Below, piece after piece: positions 55,583 through 64,000 of a stretch of 64,000 bases of DNA; the stretch's first letter is position 1, and each line of letters starts with the position of its first letter. The position numbers and the translations under genes were made by a program. Origin of the DNA: Felis catus (taxonomy: Eukaryota); contig NC_058383.1 in the NCBI RefSeq assembly GCF_018350175.1, positions 3,844,001 through 3,908,000 on the forward strand, written 5' to 3'. Under the pieces are notes generated by a model. The model was not told the origin of the DNA and did not search any database. It saw nothing but the letters and a program-made list of their open reading frames with translations.

Positions 55583-55723
55583 GTTGTCGCCAGCCACATC
55601 CGAGAGGCCGCTGTGGGACCCCTCCCTCAAGATCCCCAGCTGCCTGGAGGCCTCCCGGGACCCCCAGTTCCAGGGTCTTCTCCAGTACCTGTTGCGTGCC
55701 ACGGCCAGCGGGACCACGGAGAG
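55583..55723 (+). CDS. AP5Z1: AP5Z1 exon 12
   Basis: tcacag|G; LSPATSERPLWDPSLKIPSCLEASRDPQFQGLLQYLLRATASGTTE; GAG|gtgggg. Confidence 0.93.
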
Positions 55724-55949
55724 GTGGGGGGACTCTGGGGTGCGGCACCGAGGCCTTGGGACCTGCTGTGTGTGGCCAGAGCCTGCTCCAGGGATGGTGG
55801 GACCCTGCTTCTGCCCCTGGGCCTTGTGCCTCCTGACGCGAAGAGGCAGGCGCGGCCGACCCCCCCTGCCCCGCCACCCTGCAGTGGCCACATCATGGGT
55901 GCTCCCTGGACGTGGGCCTCGTGCTCAGCTCCCTGCCGGCTCCCTGGGT

Positions 55950-56080
55950 CAGTCTTCGTGACCCTGTGAGGTACGTGCCGTGGAGATTCCATTGCACAGA
56001 TGGAGAAACTGAGGCGTAGCACGCCCCAGGAGGAGGAGCCTGGGGACCAGAACAGGGCATCCTGACTGCAGATCCCTCGC
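55950..56080 (-). mobile_element. MIR fragment
   Basis: accctgtgaggtac...ccattgcacagatggagaaactgaggc. Confidence 0.55.
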
Positions 56081-56331
56081 AGCTTGGCCCCAGTCCAGCC
56101 CTCCCTGTGTTCCATCCTGGTGACGGGGGCAGAGCTGCGGTAGAAGACGCTCGTGGTGACACGTGCCCTGCTCCGAGGAGGCCGGTGTCACAGAACGTGG
56201 CCCGGGCCGTGGCGCTCTGACCGCCGTCTCTTCCCTCAGGCCCCGGCCCACCGTTCATGTGTTGAGGGCGTGTGTGTGGGCTCTGGGGAGCGTGTGGGCG
56301 GAGACTCAATGGACCACGCTGTGTCCTCCAG

Positions 56332-56443
56332 GTTGGGGCCACTCCACCGGCTGCTGCAGCCCCTGGCCAGCTGCGCCCGTGTGGTCCAGTGCGCCCAGGC
56401 CGTGCCCACCTTGCTTGAGGCCTTCTTCTCAGCGGTGACCCAG
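56332..56443 (+). CDS. AP5Z1: AP5Z1 exon 13
   Basis: ctccag|G; LGPLHRLLQPLASCARVVQCAQAVPTLLEAFFSAVTQ; CAG|gtgagg. Confidence 0.94.
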
Positions 56444-56722
56444 GTGAGGCTCGCACACCCGCGGCCCCGGGGCAGCCCGGAGGGAGGACGGGCTGCACAC
56501 GCGCCCAGGGATGGCATCCTCGCAATGGACTTCTGCAGAGCCTGCCTCAGCCAGAGTCACGGGGAAGGGTGGGAGCCGCGGTGGGGCCCGTCCTCCTCCC
56601 CAGAACGGGGGCCCTGGGACCTGCCCGGGACTGGCGCACACGGCTGGGACCGGAGCAGAGCGTGGCGTGAGGTGATGTCACCGGGACTGGGACTGAGTCG
56701 GTCTCTCCCTCCTGACCCCCAG

Positions 56723-56820
56723 TTTGCCGACGGGGCCCTGACCAAACAGCTGGCGCTGCTGCTCCTGGAGAGAAGCGACTCCCTCTTTCAGGTGCCGCAG
56801 TACGAGGCCCACGTGCACAG
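56723..56820 (+). CDS. AP5Z1: AP5Z1 exon 14
   Basis: ccccag|TTT; FADGALTKQLALLLLERSDSLFQVPQYEAHVH; CAG|gtgggt. Confidence 0.94.
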
Positions 56821-57266
56821 GTGGGTCCGCACCCCGCACCCCACGGCTTCAGTGTCCCCTCTCAGGTCCCAGCTCCGGGTCCCCGCTCCCCCTGTGGCTG
56901 ACCTCCTTCCAGCTGCCACCTAGCGTCACCCCCAGGCCCAGCTACCGGGCCAGCGCTCCGTCCCTGTGTCCGCCCCTCCCCCCAGGTCTGTGATCTGCGT
57001 GCTGGCCCAGGTCCCTCTCCATGGAGCCCTCTGGGCTGCCCGTTCTCCGTTCGGAGGGCCCGATGCACACGGGCTTGTGCCCAGGCCGCTCGCCAGCCCC
57101 GGCCTCCTCCCCGGGGGTGGAGGGGCTGCGGGTTCCTTTAGGGGCCGGGACTATCTGCACCCCGACCTGGTGCTCAGAGCCTTCCGTTTTGTCCCCTGGC
57201 TGTGGTTCTGGGTGAGGGGCCGGGGCCTGGGGGCGGCCACGGCCCACCTGGGTCCTCCCCGGGCAG

Positions 57267-57399
57267 GGTGCTGAGCTCGCGGTTCCTGGCCCTGTGCGCG
57301 CTGCACCCGTCACTGGTGGTGGAGCTGGCGAAGGAGCTGCTGGAGTTCGTGGGGAGCGTGAGCGGGATCCAGGGCCGAGGGGCCATGCTCGCCTCCGTG
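57267..57399 (+). CDS. AP5Z1: AP5Z1 exon 15
   Basis: gggcag|[48 protein letters not shown]|gtaagg. Confidence 0.93.
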
Positions 57400-57477
57400 G
57401 TAAGGCCGGCCTCCCTGCCAGCACCCCCGCTCCCGAGGCGGGCGGCCCGCAGGGGGCTGAGGTCTGTCCCTACCCAG

Positions 57478-57692
57478 GTGTGGGCCATCGGCGAGTATCT
57501 GTCCGTGTCGTGGGACCGGCGGTGCACCGTGGAGCAGATCAACAGGTTCTTCGAGGCCCTGGAGGCCGTGCTGTTCGAGGTCACCCAGTCCCGCCCGTCG
57601 GCCGCCCTCCCCAGGTGTCCCCCGCAGGTCGTCACCGTGCTCATGACCACGCTGACCAAGCTGGCCTCCCGGAGCCAAGACCTGATTCCCAG
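57478..57692 (+). CDS. AP5Z1: AP5Z1 exon 16
   Basis: acccag|[40 protein letters not shown]...[18 protein letters not shown]|gtacgg. Confidence 0.96.
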
Positions 57693-57901
57693 GTACGGTC
57701 GCGGCCGGACAGGGAAACCCGCAGGCTTCCCGTGGGTAAGGGAATGGGCCCCGGATGCCTGCCCGGTCCCTGATGTCCGCTCCGCGGGGGGAAGGCTGCT
57801 GGCGTCGCCGCCTCGCTTCTCCAGCTCGAGCCCCACGAGCTGGGGGCCCCGTTCCACGTGCGGGGCACGTCTGCAGCGGACCCGGGTCCCTTCATCCTCA
57901 G

Positions 57902-58172
57902 GGTCTCTCTGTTCCTGTCGAAGATGAGGACCCCGGCCCAGAGCCCAGCCCCGAGCTCCACGAGCTGCGAGGAGGACGCGGGAGCCGTGCGCACGCGGGC
58001 CGCTGAGCTGCTGACCCTGCTGAAGATGCCCAGCGTGGCCCAGTTCGTGCTCACGCCCAGCACGGAGGTGTCCGAGCCCCGCTACCACCGCGACGCCAAC
58101 ACGGCCCTGCCCCTGGCCCTGCGCACCGTCAGCCGCCTGGTGGAGAAGGAGACGGGCCTCCTGCCGGGGTGA
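57902..58172 (+). CDS. AP5Z1: AP5Z1 exon 17 (terminal; CDS portion)
   Basis: cctcag|[16 protein letters not shown]...[58 protein letters not shown]. Confidence 0.95.
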
Positions 58173-58426
58173 AAGGACGGTGACGAAGAGCCCGGCGTGA
58201 GGGTCGGGCCTCGGCTTCCGTGATCAGAGGGGACGTGAGGAGGCCCGGGTGGGTCTGGGTCCCTCAGTGCTTGCCAGGACCGTCACGTCCTCAGTCGGTG
58301 GCTCTTTGTGTCTCTCTCCAACCCTGGTGGGCCGTGTGGTAACACAGGTATGATTTGGGGCTGGATGGCATCTGCTTGGTCTGTTTCGGGCTGTTCCTGG
58401 TTTCGGGCAAGAAAAGGTACAGCAAA

Positions 58427-58432
58427 AATAAA
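58427..58432 (+). terminator. AP5Z1: AP5Z1 polyadenylation signal AATAAA
   Basis: First AATAAA seen after the stop codon, ~255 nt downstream; tctgtgtg follows. Confidence 0.7.
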
Positions 58433-60491
58433 CCTCTTTCCGCAAGTATCTGTGTGCACAAGGCAGGGGCTGTGCGCTTTCCTCCACCCAGGGGGGCAGG
58501 GCCAGAAGTGGGGGTGCACTGCTGGTCTGCGAGACCTGGCCCTGGGGACCCTCGTGCAGCTACACCAGACACCGGAGGCCGTTCCTGCCTGCTTCGTCCC
58601 CACAGCGTCCCGGAGGTCCCAGAAAGAACCGCCCGAATACCGGCAGGGAGGAAGCAGGGTGACCCAGAAGTGCAGCTGCCCCCGGAAGGGCCTCGGCTCG
58701 GCGTCCTTTCTCCCCCTCCTCCTGCTACATGGGCCCTGGGGCCCCTGCCAGGTGGGCTGCAGGTGCTGCGACTTCAGGCCTACAGCCTCCTGCCGTTAAG
58801 AGGGGGCTCCGGCCGTGGTTCCCGGGGACCCTGACGCCCGCCTGCTGCTCGGAGCCTTAGAGCAAGTGGGGGAGACACGCTGGGTGTGGTGGGGCGAGAA
58901 ACTGCCCCCAGCCTCGGCGCCTCCTGCCCCCGCGCCACTGAGGTCAGCTTCCCACCTCGCACACCAGCTCCCTAGGCTGCTCCCCGGCTCCACCCGGTGC
59001 GAGGGGGCCCCTGGGCCACCAGGTGGTGCTGCTGCTGCGCGAGTCTCCGGGCCAGCCCCGCCCCCGACTCCGGCCACGCCCCCAGGCCCGGCTCCGGCTC
59101 CGGCTCCGCCTTCACCACGCCCCCAGGCCCGGACCCTGCCGGTTGGCCGCTCGGGCACCTGTAGAAACGGCAGCCGCGGAGGTGGGTGGATGCTGGGGTG
59201 GGGTGTCTCGGACCCGGGACTGGCCGGGCAAGGGGTGCCCGCTTCTGCTCCGACAGTCGGCCTCAGGATGACTTCCGGCAGGCGACAGGTGACGCGCCCT
59301 CGGAGCAGAGCGCCGGGTATGGGGCGGGGCGCACCAAGGGGCACCCTGATCCTCCCGGGATGGGGCAGACCCGGCTTTGCTGCTCCCCGCACCCCTCACC
59401 GACCCTGCGTGAGCCGCGAGCTCCAGGCCGGGGTCCGCGGACCTCTCCCCGTCCCGCGCCGACCCCACGTGGGCCTTGAGCTCCAGGCCAGAAGGCCAGG
59501 GTTGAGAATATATGTTTTAGAGAAAAGTATTATTTTTGCAAGGTGCCTGCGGTGCCATCGTCAGCGCGCAGCTCGTCCGCACACAGTGTGGGTCCCAAAC
59601 CTGCGTACTAACTAGTTGGTGAGTGCAGACTTGGAGGAGATGGGTTCCCTGCTGCACACAGAGCTCAGGCAACCCAGACATTGCTTTCGCGTGTTCTCGG
59701 CCGGGTGAACTGTTGCGGTGCCTAAGCGTCTGGAGACAAACTACCCGAGTACCTATCCCGGCTGGCTCTGGAGGGGCACGCTGACTCGGTGGCCACACCC
59801 TTGCTGTGGCCTGATTGGGAGTGGGGGGTGGGCCGCGGGTGGCCCGCTGATTGTGGGCTTGGCGGTCCCACCTGCTTTGGCAGACTGTGGGCAGGAGTGA
59901 TGGGGGTTGAAATGTGCTTGGGAGCTGGGCTCGGCCTCTTGGCTTTTGCTTTGCAAGGAGAACGTTCCTGGCTGGTCTGTCGGTCTAAGGGCGGGAGAAG
60001 CATGGGGCAGACCTGGACCCCACCTGGAGTGGGGAAGTACCTCCGGCTGAGCTGAGAGTCGGTGCCGTTGTTTGGAGACACGGAGCTCTGTCATTTGTTC
60101 CCCCAGAGCGTTATTGGGGTAACGGCTAGAGACAGAGAAAATCGGTCTTCCTGCACACGTTTCTTCGTCTGGAAAACGTGTTGATCGTCCCACCGCGGTG
60201 TGGCTGGGAGCAGTTTGTGAGCTATTGTGTGTAAGGGGCCCGGGGAGCTCAGCCTGCCGTGAGCTCTGCTTTCGTCACCTCTCCCCGGGCACCGGCCCCT
60301 GGGGGCCTTGAGGTATGTGGACCCACAGCCACGTGGCTCCACGTTCCGTCACCTCCTCTGCACAGAGCAGTGAGGAACCGAGACCTGTAATCCTGCCGGT
60401 CGTAGGCTGCCGCTGGCCTCTCTGAACTGGTGCCCTTGTTGCAATTCGGGGCTCTCAGAATTGATCTCTTGGGTTCAATCATACGTTTCAA

Positions 60492-60662
60492 GTGTTTTTT
60501 GTCTAGAGAGAGAGCACGCAAGCGGGGTAGAAAGGCAGAATTTTAGGCAGGCTCCATGTGTAGCACAGAGTCCAATGTGGGGCCTGATCCCCTGACCCTG
60601 GGATCACCACCTGAGCCGAAAACGAGTTGGACACGAAAGCGATGGAGCCACCCGGGTGCCCC
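60492..60662 (-). mobile_element. Can-SINE (older subtype)
   Basis: Reverse head ...gagccacccgggtgcccc; acctgagccgaaa; GA tract. Confidence 0.85.
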
Positions 60663-60864
60663 TAAGATGAAACTCGTGCAAGTACGTCTTACCCGGCGTC
60701 TGGGGCACTCAGGAGAGGGTGGTGCTTCCAACCAGGCGGAATCTCGAAGCCTCACTGAAAGGGCCCGGGGCAGACGCAAGCGCGCCTGTCTTCTGCACCC
60801 ACCAGAGGGCAGCAGGGAGCCGCGCCAGACCTAGGACACCACTCGGGTGGCCGTGCACCTTCCA

Positions 60865-61300
60865 GGAGACCCCTTTCCACGTGAGGGGCGGGTCTGCCAC
60901 TGACCCACCGGGAACCCCTTCTCCCTCAGGTGTCTGTTCCTGTCAAAGATGAGGACCCGGACCCAGAGCCCAGCCTTGACTGGTGAGGACGACACGGGAG
61001 CCATGGGTACATTGGCCGCAGGACCCTGCTAAAGACGCCCGGCGTGGACGTGTCGGAGCCGCGCTGTTACCGCGACGCGAACCCGGCCTCACCCCCGCAC
61101 GCGCTCGGCCGCCTGGTAGCCAAGGAGGTGAGTTTCCTGTCGGGAAGGGACGGTGACCAAGTGGACACCAGCCCCACGGCAGATTAAGAGCTTGGTACGA
61201 GGGTCGAGCCTCAGCTTCCACAATCCGAGGAGAAACTGGGAGGGGTCGTGAGTTGCGGGGAGGAGATCCGGGTACTCAGGGTGGGTAAAGCCCCTCACTG
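60865..61300 (+). pseudogene. Degenerate tandem duplicate of the AP5Z1 intron-16 end, exon 17 and proximal 3'UTR (pseudo-exon)
   Basis: Collinear similarity to ~57843-58270, e.g. ctgttcctgtcaaagatgaggacc vs ctgttcctgtcgaagatgaggacc; ttccacgtgaggggc vs ttccacgtgcggggc; gagggtcgagcctcagcttcc vs gagggtcgggcctcggcttcc. Confidence 0.9.
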
Positions 61301-61569
61301 TAACCTTCTCAGGGAGGTTCTAGACCATTTCCTGGACGGGTGCCGGGCCTGTGATTACGAGGAGGGCCCCGCCCCGGCGTGCCCACTGCCCCTCCCCTCT
61401 GCTCGTTTCTGGGCAGGGTCGGGGGCAGATAGACTCCCTTAAAACCGGGATCCCGTGTCCTCCCAGGGTCTCTCCCAAGCTGGCGGGGAGGGGGAAGGCC
61501 CTGGGGACCACGGCACGGCACCCCCCCCCGGCTGCACCCAGCACCAGCCTCTCAGAGTACGAAAGATAG

Positions 61570-61575
61570 TTTATT
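61570..61575 (-). terminator. RADIL: RADIL polyadenylation signal (TTTATT on +, i.e. AATAAA on -)
   Basis: ~170 nt downstream of the RADIL stop, at the end of an AU-rich UTR block. Confidence 0.75.
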
Positions 61576-61742
61576 GAATCTATACGTTTCCGTTAAAATT
61601 TTCAAACATAAAAGCTCTGTAACAAACGTCACAACTTCGTATCGTCTGTCATATAAATAAAATATACACTAAGATGTACATTATCCACGGCAGGGGACGC
61701 GACCACACGGCACGGCCGCCACAGCTGTCCCTCCAGCCCGCC

Positions 61743-61848
61743 CTAGGGAGGTGGGGTGCGGAAGCGGATCTTCTTGGCCGTCTCCACGTCAGATTTGGCA
61801 ACCAGAAAGCGCATCTTCTTTCCTCCGTGTCGGATCAGGTCCACAGCC
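61743..61848 (-). CDS. RADIL: RADIL terminal exon (CDS portion)
   Basis: minus strand tttcag|G GCT GTG; AVDLIRHGGKKMRFLVAKSDVETAKKIRFRTPPP* (TAG). Confidence 0.95.
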
Positions 61849-62117
61849 CTGAAAGCCGGCCAGGGGAGACGCGTGGTGTGGCCGACTCGCCACGGGTCTA
61901 GCCGCGGGGTGCGTGGGGCTCCCGGGGCGCCTGGGTTGGGGACCCCCCCCCCCGCGGCCCCGAGGGGCCCCGCTGGGGCTGCCGTGTTGTCAGAGGCCGA
62001 AGAGTGGGCTGGGGGCCGAGCCCGCGCGCTCTCTCGTCTAAGATGGGGGCCGGGGCTAAGGGGCCCGGGCTCCCCTAACGGCTGGGCGGTCCGGTCCGGG
62101 CCCGAGGGCAGGCGTAC

Positions 62118-62257
62118 CTCAGGTAGCCGACGCCCATCAGGCTGCTGCCGTTCACCTCGAGGATGCGGTCGCCCAGGGCCAGCCGGCCGTCGGCTGCCGC
62201 GGGGCTGCCCGGGAGCAGCGTCTGGATGTAGAGCCCGGGGGCGCCCAGCGGCGTGTG
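62118..62257 (-). CDS. RADIL: RADIL penultimate exon (140 nt, PDZ)
   Basis: ccgcag|CAC...CTGAG|gtacgc; HTPLGAPGLYIQTLLPGSPAAADGRLALGDRILEVNGSSLMGVGYL. Confidence 0.96.
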
Positions 62258-62596
62258 CTGCGGGCCAAGTAGCAGCTCAGGGCTGGGCGGGCCCCGGGGG
62301 TGGGGGGTCGTTCTCGTGGCCTCCGGCGTGTCCGTACGGACAGCATTCCCCCCCCCCCCCCCACAGGCCCGGTACCCTGACGTCTGAAGACAGAGGGTAC
62401 ATGGCCGGCCAGGGAACCGGCTGCCGCACGGGCCCTTCTCTCAAGGGCCACCGAGCTGCCCCACTGAGCCCGGTCCCGAGCTCGTGGCCGGCCCTGCCCT
62501 GCCCTGTCCCGCCCACCCGTGGTCTCCCAGTGACCGTGCAAGCCGTGGGCCTGCGTGGGGCGGTCCTGAGCAGGAGGAGCCCAGGGGGCCGCTCAC

Positions 62597-62736
62597 CATC
62601 CCGTCGATCAGGCCCATCCCCAGGCCAGAGGGACCCCGCTCCAGCTCTACCACGAACACGTAGCAGAAGTCCTCGGCGCTGGAGCTGCGGCTGGAGAGGG
62701 CTGGCGGGGGCTCATCTGCCGGAGCCACGCCGTCTC
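62597..62736 (-). CDS. RADIL: RADIL exon (140 nt, start of PDZ)
   Basis: gcccag|GA...ATG|gtgagc; DGVAPADEPPPALSSRSSSAEDFCYVFVVELERGPSGLGMGLIDGM. Confidence 0.95.
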
Positions 62737-63327
62737 CTGGGCAGGTGAGAAGAGACGCCACGGGTGGAAGGGGAGGGTGGCTCGTGCCGTCCCCACTGTA
62801 CTGTCCCGCCCTGTCCCCACCCAGCGGGTTCCGCTGTTCCTCCACAGGGAAATGCTCCCGCGGCTCCGACAAGATGCCCATCTGGGCACAAGGGGGGCAA
62901 GTCCCCTCCAACCCCCGGGGGGGGGGATGGATCCCGGCCCCGCCTGTGGGCCACACCCCCACGTGCCTGTAAAGGGTGTGCGTCCTCCAACCTCCTGACG
63001 TGACGGCCCTGGGACGGCAGCCCCTCCCAGAGCCTGGCTGTTTCTAGAGGCTGAACGGTGGGCTCTGCTCCAGGTCCCCCCACGGCTTCCCCTCCCTCTA
63101 CCCATTAAACGGTGACTCCGCCTCTGTTCCCCCCGCCCCCGTCGGAGCTGGGACTCTTCAGCTCTGCGTCCCCCCACCCAGGGTCCTGTGCCTTCTCTCC
63201 CCACAGGTCAGATCAGGCCTTCAGGCAGAGCATGTGGCTGCAGTCCCCTCACCAGCAAGCAGGTGCCCTGCCTCAGGCCCGGATCTGCCCAGGTGACCCC
63301 TGGCCTTGGGGCACACCCAGAGTCTGC

Positions 63328-63376
63328 AGGGGCACTGCCGGGGGCGGCACTGCCGGGGGCGGCACTGCCGGGGGCT
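63328..63376. repeat. 15-bp tandem repeat (ggcactgccgggggc), three copies, in a RADIL intron
   Basis: Read directly from the sequence. Confidence 0.9.
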
Positions 63377-63731
63377 GCTCTGCCCTGCACTTCATGGCCC
63401 CCCCGGCCCTCCCCCCAGCCTCCTACCTGGTGCACACCACCTGAGCCGTCCCTTCCTCCACCCTGGGGGGAGGGACTTCGTCCCACAGACGGCTGTGCGT
63501 GCACCCTGTGCCCTTCGACGGGGCCCTGAACCACCCTGCGCCCGCCTCACGTGGCCCCTGGAGCCTGCCCAGCACGGGCTACGGGTGTTCGTGGACAGGT
63601 ACCAGAAGCCCAGGCCCAACGTGCCCCTAGGGCCACACGGTTGCAGTGACCCAAAGGGGCCCCGCCCAGGTGCTGGGGGGGGCGGAGGAGGGGGGACTGG
63701 GGGCTGTTTCGAGCCTGGGGACAGGTCTTAC

Positions 63732-64000
63732 CTTCCCCAGCTGCACCTCGGGGGCCACTCTGCCCGCTCGGCCTCCCTTCCGGGAGCGCTTTCCCACAGG
63801 TGCCGCCGGGCTCTGGCCAGTCGGGGACAGCGGGCTCGAGGCCGAGCGGGGGTGCCGGGAGGCGTGAGCAGGCACGAGGAGTCCACGTGCAGGACGCCAG
63901 CCTGGGGGCCCCCGCGGCTCTGCCTTCCTGGAGGGCCCTGTGCGCGGGGAGCCCCCGCAGGAGGAGGAGGGCGCACCTGGCCGGCTTCACGAGCTCCCCT
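63732..64000 (-). CDS. RADIL: RADIL exon (truncated by the window edge; apparent +1 frameshift at 63848-63852)
   Basis: Donor GAAG|gtaaga; ...GRQSRGGPQAGVLHVDSSCLLTPPGTP in one frame and LGLEPAVPDWPEPGGTCGKALPE...GAAGE in the adjacent frame. Confidence 0.85.

Larger units (their letters stand above)
46883..58450 (+). other. AP5Z1: AP5Z1 (AP-5 complex subunit zeta-1, SPG48) gene span; 17 coding exons, 808 aa
   Basis: Exon lengths 41/138/187/145/113/169/141/38/163/179/143/141/112/98/133/215/271 sum to 2427 nt in one open frame; begins MFTAGAESLLHQAR and ends [11 protein letters not shown]. Confidence 0.95.
61550..64000 (-). other. RADIL: RADIL gene 3' end (last four coding exons, PDZ domain); the gene continues beyond the window
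   Basis: Spliced translation ...SSRSSSAEDFCYVFVVELERGPSGLGMGLIDGMHTPLGAPGLYIQTLLPGSPAAADGRLALGDRILEVNGSSLMGVGYLRAVDLIRHGGKKMRFLVAKSDVETAKKIRFRTPPP*; synteny with AP5Z1. Confidence 0.95.

Noticed and set aside
57174..58088. 304-aa antisense ORF over AP5Z1 exons 15-17 (similarly 52911-53873, 34631-35305 and 61756-62748)
   Set aside because: Antisense shadow ORFs typical of GC3-rich coding sequence; no recognisable domain or splice structure.
59150..59330. Idea that this is an inverted duplicate of the AP5Z1 promoter and exon 1
   Set aside because: Only short motifs (ETS site, E-box, CAGGTGCCC) are shared; I could not align the intervening sequence.

Overview
Mammalian, very GC-rich genomic DNA, most likely from a cat or other felid (abundant tRNA-derived Can-SINEs, including SINEC_Fc-like copies). 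The gene order matches human 7p22.1. The window holds (1) the 3' part of FOXK1 on +: coding exons 2-9, a ~7 kb 3'UTR and AATAAA at 42046, with exon 1 upstream of the window; (2) the complete 17-exon AP5Z1/SPG48 gene on +, with a spliced CDS of 2427 nt (808 aa) and a CpG-island promoter; and (3) the last four coding exons of RADIL on -, encoding the PDZ domain and converging on AP5Z1. Almost all ORFs in the supplied track are GC-rich chance ORFs. I see no new multi-gene system. The best leads are: a degenerate duplicate of the AP5Z1 terminal exon that keeps an in-frame acceptor and has gained a perfect donor; an apparent +1 frameshift in RADIL; a GC-AG intron in AP5Z1; a tandem CLEAR/E-box pair in the AP5Z1 promoter; several in-frame stop-free introns; a ~1 kb C-rich minisatellite; composite or nested retroelements; and old L1 copies strongly shifted towards GC. 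Comparisons with human proteins and repeat consensuses are from memory, not from a search.
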